Positions 1 through 8,852 of a stretch of 64,000 nucleotides of DNA are shown here, piece after piece. Source of the stretch: Candidatus Krumholzibacteriota bacterium (GTDB lineage Bacteria; Krumholzibacteriota; Krumholzibacteriia; JAJRXK01); contig CAVXTH010000006.1 in assembly GCA_963764625.1 (NCBI GenBank), positions 96,001 through 160,000 on the forward strand, given 5' to 3'. Made by a program: the position numbers and the translations under genes. The number at the start of each line of letters is the position of its first letter. Position 1 is the stretch's first letter. Below the pieces are notes generated by a model that worked only from the letters and a program-made list of their open reading frames with translations, was not told where the DNA came from and made no database searches.

Positions 1-2
1 GT

Positions 3-338
3 GGCAGGCGTCAATCCGCGAGTCTGCTTCTTCTGGAACTGACTCAGTCCAGCGACGAGTTCATGGCAGGATTTGAGCGCCTCCACCGTCAACTGGTGGA
101 GGAAGGACGGAATCGATGGACGGTGCACCCCGTGAAATCCTCCACTCTGGTGCTCCTGCTCCCCGAGGACGAGTCCTACCCCTCTTGTCTCTCCTCGATG
201 ACCGCCGAAGGAAAGAGTGGGATCCCATCCGCCTTGAGGCAGGGTACCGCACGTTTTTCAAGTAGTGGGGAGAGTCTGGATGCGTTGTTCGAACAAGCCC
301 GGAACGAAGCAGCCGGGCAGCAGGAGAAAGCACGATGA
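3..338 (+). CDS. C-terminal part of a protein with a probable degenerate GGDEF-like domain (5' truncated by the window)
   Basis: Frame is open from nt 3 (GRRQSASLLLLELT...). 'SLLLLEL' and 'GTARFSSSGESLDALFEQA' resemble the N- and C-terminal elements of GGDEF domains, but there is no GGDEF motif. The stop overlaps the next ATG. Confidence 0.45.
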   Translation, partial: GRRQSASLLLLELTQSSDEFMAGFERLHRQLVEEGRNRWTVHPVKSSTLVLLLPEDESYPSCLSSMTAEGKSGIPSALRQGTARFSSSGESLDALFEQARNEAAGQQEKAR

Positions 339-736
339 GCAAGCCTCGCATACTTCTGGTCGACGATGAACGTGATATCGCCGAAGCCCTGAGCTTCGCG
401 TTGACGAGCGACGGATACGAAGTGGAAATCGCCGGTGATGGAGAAGAGGGCTACCGCTCGGCACTGCACGATCCGCCCGATCTTCTCGTGCTGGATGTCA
501 TGCTACCCGGAATCAACGGGTACGAGATCAGCCGCCAACTGAAAGACTGGATGAAGGCCGCGCCAACCGGCCGGACCTTTCCCATTCTACTCATCACCGC
601 GCGGCAGATCCACACTGCCCAAAGAGAAGAGTTCTTGTCGGTCTGGTCGAGGGCCGACGGTGTTCTCTACAAGCCGTTCGATCTGAGCGACCTCCTGAAG
701 CGCGTCGAAGAGCTGCTGAGCCCGGCCGTGGCCTGA
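335..736 (+). CDS. Single-domain response regulator receiver (CheY-like)
   Basis: ILLVDDE, LLVLDVMLP (phosphoacceptor Asp), ITA and KPF motifs. Confidence 0.93.
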   Translation: MSKPRILLVDDERDIAEALSFALTSDGYEVEIAGDGEEGYRSALHDPPDLLVLDVMLPGINGYEISRQLKDWMKAAPTGRTFPILLITARQIHTAQREEFLSVWSRADGVLYKPFDLSDLLKRVEELLSPAVA

Positions 737-842
737 GCCATGCGCTGCCCTTGACACCCCCCACGGCTTCTACGATATTCTCCCTCCGCTTGGCCTCGAG
801 TCCTTCAACCCGTGAAGGGGCTCGCTTGGATCCTTTGACGGT

Positions 843-918
<76 letters not shown>

Positions 919-1065
919 TCGTTCAACTCCGCAGCCAAACCGATAACTGACAGGCATACAGCACTTTAGATTCATCACCCCAGGAGGTGGCTTGCCAGAT
1001 TCCAGATTCTGCGTCAAGCTCCCCTCTTCTCATTTCCTCCGCCTCTTGCCCGGACGTGAATTTCG

Positions 1066-2064
1066 ATGCGGATGAGAAGGCTGATTCTGAAGGCCATCGA
1101 GTTCAGCGGCCTGTACCCGGTTCTCCGTCGCCGCCGTCACGGCGCCCTGGTGTTGGCCTACCACGGAGTGGAGGAAACGATTCTGGATCCGCGCATCCAG
1201 ACGGTACACATATCTTTGGTCCGATTCGAGCGACAGATGAACTTCCTGAAGCGTCACTTCGAAGTCATCAGTGTCGACGATCTGCTGAAACGCCTGGAGG
1301 CCAAGAACGGGCTCGACGGGAATCAAGCCGTAATCACCCTGGACGACGGCTACCGGAACAACGTGACGGTCGTGGCGCCGCTGCTGAACTCGATGGGGCT
1401 TCCCTTTGCGGTGTACGTGTGTCCGCATCGTGTCGAAGAAGGGCACCGTCTACCGACCTATCTCCTGCGCACCTCTCTCTATCTCACCGAGAAGCACTCT
1501 TGCCGCATTCAGAATCTCAATCAGGAACTTCCTCTGCACAGTCTCGAAGAGAAGGACTTCAGCGTGCGGTATCTCTCGTCCGCGTTGAAGACCTCACCGC
1601 AATCGGTCGTGGAGAGCATGCTGGTCGACCTTCAAACTCTCATCACGCCCGAGCAAAGACGTGAAATCGATGAGCGCTTCAGCTCGGATGCGCTCATGAA
1701 TTGGGACGAAGTGAAATCTCTACACGAAGGCGGCGCGATCATCGCCTCGCATGGACACAACCACTGCATCATGCACGACAAACAGGATCTCGGGTTGATT
1801 CATAACGAAGTGACCGCGAGCAAGAGCACCCTGGAACACAAGCTCGGGGCTTGTAAGTACTTCGCCTACCCCAACGGCGGCGCCTCGGACATCTCCGAGG
1901 TGGCGGTCGAGCAAGTCCGGGGAGCCGGGTATTCCCTGGGATTCACTTCGATCTTCGGGGAGACGCAGACGGGAAGTCCGCGGGCTCTCTTGCCTCGAAT
2001 GGATGCCGATGTTGGTTTCGACACCTTCAAGTTCTTTCTCAACAGTGCCTATCGGCCAAGGTAA
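1066..2064 (+). CDS. Polysaccharide deacetylase (NodB/CE4 family)
   Basis: LAYHGV, TLDDGY, SHGHNH and FAYPNG motifs. Confidence 0.9.
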   Translation: MRMRRLILKAIEFSGLYPVLRRRRHGALVLAYHGVEETILDPRIQTVHISLVRFERQMNFLKRHFEVISVDDLLKRLEAKNGLDGNQAVITLDDGYRNNVTVVAPLLNSMGLPFAVYVCPHRVEEGHRLPTYLLRTSLYLTEKHSCRIQNLNQELPLHSLEEKDFSVRYLSSALKTSPQSVVESMLVDLQTLITPEQRREIDERFSSDALMNWDEVKSLHEGGAIIASHGHNHCIMHDKQDLGLIHNEVTASKSTLEHKLGACKYFAYPNGGASDISEVAVEQVRGAGYSLGFTSIFGETQTGSPRALLPRMDADVGFDTFKFFLNSAYRPR

Positions 2065-3241
2065 CGCGGGGGCCGTCCCCGTCATTGCCCTGGGGGGCTA
2101 CATCACGGTGCTGGGCGCGATTCGCTGCCTGGGCGCGGCTGGGGTTCAAAGCTTCTGCGCCACCGAAGTCGAATCCTACATCGAGCATTCCCGCTTCTAC
2201 CACGAACTTCCCTCGTCCGAGGGGGTCCTGTGTGATCCTGCGGATCTTCCGCGCTTCTTGGAGGCTCTCTCGATTCCCCGTGCGGTGCTCATGCCGTGCG
2301 CGGACGACTGGGTGATGGCGGTGGCGCGGCTCTCTCCCGTGCTCGCCGAACGATTCCCCGCGAGCGCTCCTTCCCTGGAAGTTCTCTCTGATCTTCTGGA
2401 CAAGTCGAGGCTCGAGACCCTGCTCGACCGCTTCGCGGTTCAGCGCCCGAGGACGCACCCCTTACCCGGGCGGCAATCGCTCGAAGAGGTGGATTGGTCC
2501 CCGGGAGTCTCCTGGTTTCTCAAGCCGGCGGACTCGCAGAGTTTCCGCCGCCGATTCGGGGTCAAGGCCTTTCGGGTCGCCTCGCTGCCGGAGGCACGGA
2601 CCCGCTGGGACGAAATCCACGACGCGGGTCTGGAAGTGGTGCTACAGGAATACGTGGCCGGGCCCGCCAGCAATCACTTTTTCGTCGATGGGTTTGTCGA
2701 TCGCGAAGGCCAGATCCAAGCCATGTTCGCGCGCCGTCGCGTGCGGATCCATCCTCCGGATTTTGGGGACAGCTCTTCGCTGGTGAGCGTGCCCCTCACC
2801 GAAGTCGCGCCGGCTGCCGAAGCTTGCCGGAGGCTTCTGAGGGGAGTGGGGTACCGGGGGATCTTCTCGGCCGAGTTCAAGCTCGACGCGAAGCAGGGCA
2901 CCTTCAAGCTCATCGAGGTCAACACGAGACCGTGGGCGAACGTCGGTTTTGCCGCCCGCTGTGGGGTCAACGCGCCTCTCATGGCCTACCGCGACGCGCT
3001 GGGAATGAGACTGCCCCGGGTGGAAAGCTACGCGGTCGGGCGCCGCTTCTGCTTCTTCCCCAGTGATTTCTCAGCCTGCCTGAAGCTCCATCACTCCGGA
3101 GAGCTCACGCTGGCTCAATGGTTCCGGACCTGGGTCGGGGCCCAGCCCTCGGTCTTCGCGTGGAACGATCCGCTTCCCGCGGTGAAGCAGGCTCTGGAAC
3201 TGGGGCTCTCGGCCCTCGCCAAGCTCTCCTCCCGAGCCTAG
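2045..3241 (+). CDS. ATP-grasp carboxylate-amine ligase (D-aspartate ligase-like)
   Basis: DK.., FLKPA, LQEYVAG, EFKLD and IEVNTR ATP-grasp motifs. The start is uncertain (GTG 2045 chosen; the ORF is open from 2003). Confidence 0.85.
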   Translation: MPIGQGNAGAVPVIALGGYITVLGAIRCLGAAGVQSFCATEVESYIEHSRFYHELPSSEGVLCDPADLPRFLEALSIPRAVLMPCADDWVMAVARLSPVLAERFPASAPSLEVLSDLLDKSRLETLLDRFAVQRPRTHPLPGRQSLEEVDWSPGVSWFLKPADSQSFRRRFGVKAFRVASLPEARTRWDEIHDAGLEVVLQEYVAGPASNHFFVDGFVDREGQIQAMFARRRVRIHPPDFGDSSSLVSVPLTEVAPAAEACRRLLRGVGYRGIFSAEFKLDAKQGTFKLIEVNTRPWANVGFAARCGVNAPLMAYRDALGMRLPRVESYAVGRRFCFFPSDFSACLKLHHSGELTLAQWFRTWVGAQPSVFAWNDPLPAVKQALELGLSALAKLSSRA

Positions 3242-3299
3242 CCCCTTCCAAGTCTCTTTCTCTGCAGTTTCCTTGCAGATCCCACCATATGGGCCCGAT

Positions 3300-3315
3300 T
3301 GGCTCGCAGCATGCA
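3300..3315 (+). promoter_or_regulatory. Possible sigma54 -24/-12 site (upstream copy)
   Basis: TGGCTCGCAGCATGCA has GG and GC at consensus spacing (TGGCACGNNNNTTGCW). Confidence 0.35.
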
Positions 3316-3445
3316 CGTGGAGATCTCAACGACGCATGAGTCCACGGGGCACGATGCGAAATCATGAGAACGGTTGGGAACGCAGGAACTCCATTCAAGG
3401 GGTCTGATTCCTCGTGCTTCCCGCTTTCGGGGAGCTCGGCGGGGT

Positions 3446-3461
3446 AGGCACGGCTTGTGCA
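3446..3461 (+). promoter_or_regulatory. Probable sigma54 -24/-12 promoter of the minor-pilin operon
   Basis: AGGCACGGCTTGTGCA has GG-N10-GC spacing and lies 60 nt upstream of the first pilin start. Confidence 0.55.
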
Positions 3462-3521
3462 GACCCCGTTGTGTTCTCTCTACTTAGGGCCCTAATCAGC
3501 GGGAAACGAAGAGGTTGAACC

Positions 3522-3941
3522 GTGGAATATCGGACTGATCCAGCAAGAATCGCCCACCGGAATCGTTGGGGCAATCAGCGTGGTTTCACGGTGGTGGAGT
3601 TGATGGCGGCCTTGCTGCTCTTCAGCATCGGACTGGTGGCACTGGCTCGCGTATTGCCGCAGGGAATGGAAGTTCGCGACCGTGGCCGGCGCATGACGGT
3701 AGCCACACAGTTCGCGCGCGGAGAAATTGAAATTCTCCGCAGCCTTCCCTTTTCGGACCCCGATCTTACCGACGGTCTACACGTGGATGACGAGGTCCTG
3801 GTGAACGGAAGATACCGGCGCAGATGGACGGTTCAGAATGACACGCCCATTCCGAACATGATGCGCATCGAAGTCAGAGTCGCGTTTAGCACATCCGAGG
3901 CAGACAGCGAAGCAGTGATCGTCACACAGCGAACCCGATAG
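3522..3941 (+). CDS. Type IV minor pilin, PilV/GspI-like
   Basis: Class III signal QRG|FTVVELM followed by a hydrophobic helix; short globular domain 'YRRRWTV...MMRIEVRV'. Confidence 0.85.
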   Translation: MEYRTDPARIAHRNRWGNQRGFTVVELMAALLLFSIGLVALARVLPQGMEVRDRGRRMTVATQFARGEIEILRSLPFSDPDLTDGLHVDDEVLVNGRYRRRWTVQNDTPIPNMMRIEVRVAFSTSEADSEAVIVTQRTR

Positions 3942-6923
3942 GTGGTGGCACCGATGAAGCACAACTGTGGCACGCAACGCGAGACGCGCTCATGGCTCGA
4001 GCGTAGATTCGCCATTTCGTCCCAGCAAGGATTCTCGCTCGTAGAGCTGGCCGTCACCATGGTAGCGTTTGCCGTGATCATGGTCGTGGCATTCGGCGTC
4101 ATGGGACAGCTCAACCGGGCGGGCATGGGAAACGAGCTCTTCGCTCGCACGCAGGCAGCGGCCCGCGCGGCCAGTGACCAGGTCGAAAAGGACCTTCGCG
4201 CCGCCGGTGTGGACGTCGATTTCAGCCGTGGACAGGAGCGCTTCGTCTATGCGGATGCGTATCAGATCGCGTTCAACGCCGATCTGAGCCCGACGGTCGA
4301 TCCCGATGGCACCGCCGCACCGTCCGCGGTTCACGCGGGCACCGTTCCGGCGCAGCTCGCGGCTCTCTTCACTCCGACCACCACCTACCAGACGGGGGCC
4401 GAGACGATCGTCTACACGCTCGATTCGAATGGTGATGGCACGATCGACGGGGCAGATGAAACAGATGATGCCGAGGAAGATACGCCGAACCCGCACGACA
4501 TGATGCTGTACCGGAGAATGTTCGGTTGGGACGGCACCGCCAACACCATGGAAGAGCGCCAGGTCGCGATCGTGCGCGGTCCAGACGCCAACTCCGATGG
4601 AGAGGTTCCCCAGCCGTTGTTCGCCTACCTCATCGACGACGACGACAACCAGATCACTCCCCCCGTGCTCCATGGCGACACCGATGGCGACGGGGTCCTC
4701 AGCAACGCTGAGATCATGGCGCTCACGCCACTCACGCAAGCCGAGCGCGCGCGTCTGGAGCGCGTGGTCTTGACGGTCACCGGAGAGACGGATCGCGCCG
4801 ATGCGAAAACGCATTCAAACGACGGCTATAATCGCGTCGTGCTCAAGAGCGAGGTCCTGGTGCGGCATGCGCCCCGGACCAGCGGCGTGGTTTACGGAAT
4901 CGTCTTCCAGGATACCGACGGCAATCAGGTGCAGGACCAAGGCGAGGGCGGAATCAGTGGCGTGACGGTACGCTCCAGCTCGGGCACCATCACCCGGACC
5001 GACGCCAATGGAAACTATCGTCTCGTTCTGAACCCCGGCTATCAGACGGTCACGGAGATCGATCCGTCCGGGTACGTGTCCAGCACCACGAACACCTACG
5101 ATCTGGACGTCATTCCTGGGGCGTATTCGCAGCTGAACTTCGGCGACCGCTCCCCGACGGGTTCCGCTTCCGTCCAGGGCACCGTCTTCAGTGACCTGAA
5201 CCAGAACTCCGTGATGGACACGGATGAGACCGGAATCGCGGGCGTCACCGTCTACTCCGACGGCGGCGAACAGGCGGTCACCGACGCGAACGGCGCGTAT
5301 ACGCTGACGGTCCCGGTGGGCAACCGGACCATCACCGAAACCGACTTAAGCGGCTACACCTCGACGACTCCGAATGGCGTCGACATCGTACTCTCCACCG
5401 ACGGACAGGTGGAGGTCGTGAACTACGGCGACTTCCTGCTGCAGGACTCCGGCACGATCGAGGGGTACGTCTACAACGACGACAACCACAATCAGGCGCG
5501 CGACGGCTTCGAGGCGGGAGTCAGCGGCGCCATGATCTATGCTGCCGGTGACAGCGTACAGAGCGACGGGACCGGGTACTTCTCCCTGACCGTCCCCTCC
5601 GGCCACTACGACGTGAGCGAAGTCGATCCTCCCGGGTACACCTCCACGACGCCGAACCTTATTCGCAACCTGCGGGTGGATCCCAACGCCACGATCCAGG
5701 TGAGCTTCGGAGACATCGTGCAGGAGAACGTCGACTTCGACATCATCACCCTGGCGGACACCGAGCGAGCGCTGTCGCTCACCAGCGGGGACGTCCAGGA
5801 GGACAACAAGGGTGACGCCGACCTGGTGCTGGGAACGCGCTCCAGCAGCGGCACGAACAACCTCATCCTGTGGACGAACGAGCGCCGCAATGCCAATACG
5901 CCCAATGGGGCCATCTTCAGCTCGACCCCCAGCGCCACCCGGAACGCGGGGTCGGACGTGATGGCGATGCGCTTGTTCGAGGACGGCGGGAGCCCCTACC
6001 TCGTCCTGGGGCTGAACGGAGCGGGATCTCCCGATATCAGCGTCTGGAGCTTCAACCGTGGCACGCCCGGAAACTCACCCGATAACTGGTACGCCACCAA
6101 CGGCGGCGAATCGGTCCTCGACCTGCAAACTCTCGACTTCTACGGAAGCAGCTCCATCGATCTGGTGGTTGGCGTGAGGAACGCCACGATGTCCGGCTCG
6201 GCGGAACTGTGGAGCGGTCTGGGTGGCGGCCAATTCTCGCGTATCCCGGGCGGAATCATCACCGTGGGCGCCTCTCCTCTAGGTCTGGTGCTCGGAGAGG
6301 CCCAGGCGGCGGTTCTCGCGGATGTCAACGGTGACGGTCGCGATGATTTGATTGTGGGCGCGCGTCAGACGACCAGCATGAGCACGGTAAACGTCTATTT
6401 GCGCTATCCGGATGTCAGTGGAATTCACTTCGAGCCCTACCAGGCCTTTCCGGTGAACGGACTCATCACCGACCTCATCGTCGGCGACATGGTCGACGAC
6501 GACCAGGGTCGGCCGGACATCGTGGTGGCGGCCGAGATCACCCAGACGAACGGTGGCATCGAACTGTGGACGCAGCACGACGACGGTTACTTCGGTATGC
6601 CGACGGGCACCGCCCGTAGCTTCGATGACTTCATGTTCACCGATGGTGCTCCGATCGTGATGGAAATGCTCAAGCTCGACAACGACGTCTTCCCGGATCT
6701 CTTGATCGGTACGAGGACCTCCAATACCTACCAGGGCTACGTCCTGATGGCGTTGGGCTTCGGCTACTTGCCCGCGGAAGCGACCCGGATCACCGACAAC
6801 TTGATCGGCGCGGTGGTGACCATGACGACCAACGACTTCAACAAAGACAACGCGATGGATCTGGCGGTGGGAACGCAGAACGCGGCCACGCAGGGCCAAG
6901 TCGTGATCTTTTATCGCCAGTAG
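3942..6923 (+). CDS. Giant PilW/GspJ-like minor pilin fused to three SdrD-B-like repeats and an FG-GAP beta-propeller
   Basis: QQG|FSLVELAV prepilin motif; 'QVEKDLRAAG' PilW-like helix; three 'G.V(F/Y).D...N...D..E.G(I/V).G....D..G.Y/F' repeats; seven 'D..D...D(L/I)(V/L).G'-type blades. Confidence 0.85.
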   Translation: MVAPMKHNCGTQRETRSWLERRFAISSQQGFSLVELAVTMVAFAVIMVVAFGVMGQLNRAGMGNELFARTQAAARAASDQVEKDLRAAGVDVDFSRGQERFVYADAYQIAFNADLSPTVDPDGTAAPSAVHAGTVPAQLAALFTPTTTYQTGAETIVYTLDSNGDGTIDGADETDDAEEDTPNPHDMMLYRRMFGWDGTANTMEERQVAIVRGPDANSDGEVPQPLFAYLIDDDDNQITPPVLHGDTDGDGVLSNAEIMALTPLTQAERARLERVVLTVTGETDRADAKTHSNDGYNRVVLKSEVLVRHAPRTSGVVYGIVFQDTDGNQVQDQGEGGISGVTVRSSSGTITRTDANGNYRLVLNPGYQTVTEIDPSGYVSSTTNTYDLDVIPGAYSQLNFGDRSPTGSASVQGTVFSDLNQNSVMDTDETGIAGVTVYSDGGEQAVTDANGAYTLTVPVGNRTITETDLSGYTSTTPNGVDIVLSTDGQVEVVNYGDFLLQDSGTIEGYVYNDDNHNQARDGFEAGVSGAMIYAAGDSVQSDGTGYFSLTVPSGHYDVSEVDPPGYTSTTPNLIRNLRVDPNATIQVSFGDIVQENVDFDIITLADTERALSLTSGDVQEDNKGDADLVLGTRSSSGTNNLILWTNERRNANTPNGAIFSSTPSATRNAGSDVMAMRLFEDGGSPYLVLGLNGAGSPDISVWSFNRGTPGNSPDNWYATNGGESVLDLQTLDFYGSSSIDLVVGVRNATMSGSAELWSGLGGGQFSRIPGGIITVGASPLGLVLGEAQAAVLADVNGDGRDDLIVGARQTTSMSTVNVYLRYPDVSGIHFEPYQAFPVNGLITDLIVGDMVDDDQGRPDIVVAAEITQTNGGIELWTQHDDGYFGMPTGTARSFDDFMFTDGAPIVMEMLKLDNDVFPDLLIGTRTSNTYQGYVLMALGFGYLPAEATRITDNLIGAVVTMTTNDFNKDNAMDLAVGTQNAATQGQVVIFYRQ

Positions 6924-6933
6924 GGAGAGTCCA

Positions 6934-8244
6934 ATGGACATCAAGCGGAAGCTAATCTCCTCCGTCACCCGTTCGTCGAGTACTTCTTTGTGGCGCATTC
7001 TGCGCAACGAAGAGGGAATGGCGCTTGCCATCACCATCATCCTGCTCCTGAGTCTGGCGGCGATGGCACTGACCGCGACACTGGTGAGCAGCACCGACCT
7101 TTTGGTGGCGGGCAACCAGCGCACGAATTCCGCAGCGCTGGATGTCGCCGAGGCGGGCGTGGCGGAAGCTCTCAATCGCATGAGCCTCAATCCGGGAAGC
7201 ACGGTTCCGGTGGGTGCCGCCATGGTAGACGCTTCCATCCAGGACCCCACGTTTCCCCCGAATCCCAACTGGAAGGCGCACATCTTCCTGACGCCGATGG
7301 GCTCTTCGCCGGCGGTTCCGGCGGGTGAGTTCAGCACCGGGACGGTGCAACAAGCCGGAGACTATCTGAAGTACTCCGACCCCAGCGATCCCAACGAAGC
7401 GGTTCTGATCGAGCACAAGCTGCGCGACTTCAATGGCGATGGAAACGACGAAGTGGTGCTCTACGATCCAGGCCAGGTACCGCCAGAAAATCCCAACACG
7501 GGATCGCCGGTGGAAGTCATAACCGTGACGGGACACAAGGGAACCGCCAAGCGCTCGGTGCAGGTGGAGGCCATCCGCTTTCCCATTCACCCCAACGTCA
7601 CCGCCGCATTGAGCGCCAACGGATCGGTGGATCTGCGCGGTAACGTGACGGTATGCGGTCACAACCATCGCCTTGATACGCCTCGAGGCACCCAGCTTCC
7701 CTCGTGTTCGCCGAATTGGGACGAGACGACGGGGCACTTGCCCGCCGTCATGACCACCGGCTATGCGGTGGGGACGCGCGGTTCGACCGACCTCTTGGGA
7801 AGTCCCGCGGTCACCGATACCTCTTCCACGAACCACTTCTACAGCCTCTCGGAGGCGCTCGGCCTCACGCAGTCCGAGCTCAACGACATCCTCGCCAGTC
7901 CCGATCAGACCAGCGACAACGAGGCGGGTCCCTACGAGGGGATCACCTACATCCAGGGTGACGCCCAGTTCAATGGTACCGATGGCGAGGGACTGCTCTA
8001 CGTGACGGGTGACCTGACCCTGAGCGGAAACTTCAGCTGGGTGGGCTTGGTCTACGTGGAGGGAACCCTGCGCAATACCGGCAACACCTGGATCCTGGGC
8101 GGGGTGATGGCCGAAGGCGATCTACACGTCGCGGTGGACTTCGGAGCGGGAACGCCGGCCATTCTCTACAGTCAACAAGCTCTGACGCAGGCTCTGACCC
8201 GCTCCATGCGCTACGTGACCTTGGGGTGGAAGGAGCTGGACTGA
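6934..8244 (+). CDS. PilX/GspK-like minor pilin with C-terminal beta-solenoid-like region
   Basis: EEG|MALAITIILLL (no Glu5, typical of PilX); 'ALDVAEAGVAEA' PilX N-terminal motif; repeated 'G.LYV.G.L..SG' segments. Confidence 0.8.
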   Translation: MDIKRKLISSVTRSSSTSLWRILRNEEGMALAITIILLLSLAAMALTATLVSSTDLLVAGNQRTNSAALDVAEAGVAEALNRMSLNPGSTVPVGAAMVDASIQDPTFPPNPNWKAHIFLTPMGSSPAVPAGEFSTGTVQQAGDYLKYSDPSDPNEAVLIEHKLRDFNGDGNDEVVLYDPGQVPPENPNTGSPVEVITVTGHKGTAKRSVQVEAIRFPIHPNVTAALSANGSVDLRGNVTVCGHNHRLDTPRGTQLPSCSPNWDETTGHLPAVMTTGYAVGTRGSTDLLGSPAVTDTSSTNHFYSLSEALGLTQSELNDILASPDQTSDNEAGPYEGITYIQGDAQFNGTDGEGLLYVTGDLTLSGNFSWVGLVYVEGTLRNTGNTWILGGVMAEGDLHVAVDFGAGTPAILYSQQALTQALTRSMRYVTLGWKELD

Positions 8245-8762
8245 TGCTGACGAGCCGACAATTCACACACCGGAACGCGAGCGCGCCTCGCGGCTTTACT
8301 CTCGTTGAGTTGATGGTCGCCATGGTAGTGATGGGGATCGCACTGACCTTCACCATCCCCACGCTCGCTCGCAGCGCCCAGATGCACAAGCTGCGGAGTG
8401 CGGCTTCGGAAGTCCAGACCGCGTTCGCCAGAGCGCGCTCCACCGCCGTCACCCATAAAGCCACTGTACGCCTGGACTTCTTCGGAGGAGGGAGTCAGTT
8501 ATACATCGTGCGCGAGGACAAGGACAACGACGGCGTGTACGACAGCTGGACCGGGGGAGGGCATATTCCCAACGGAGTGCAGATCACCAACCTCGATTTC
8601 GGCGGCAACAACTTCGTGAGCTTTGCTCCCAGCGGGACCCCGTCGGTCGGAGGATCGATCATCCTGGGCGCCGCGAGCCAGCAGCGCGAGATTCGGCTCG
8701 CCCCCGGCAGCGGGGCGGCGACCATTTCCGAGCCCGCGGGGACCCAAACCGCCATGAACTGA
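8244..8762 (+). CDS. FimT/FimU/GspH-like minor pilin
   Basis: PRG|FTLVELMVAMVVMGI; 'ARARSTAV' and 'VSFAPSG' GspH/FimT motifs; ATG overlaps the PilX stop. Confidence 0.85.
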   Translation: MLTSRQFTHRNASAPRGFTLVELMVAMVVMGIALTFTIPTLARSAQMHKLRSAASEVQTAFARARSTAVTHKATVRLDFFGGGSQLYIVREDKDNDGVYDSWTGGGHIPNGVQITNLDFGGNNFVSFAPSGTPSVGGSIILGAASQQREIRLAPGSGAATISEPAGTQTAMN

Positions 8763-8852
8763 CTCCGGCGGGATGGGAACGCTATCCCCGGGGCCTCACA
8801 GTACTTGTAATTTACAACTATTTCAGGCTCGAAGAACCTAGGACGCGGGGAC

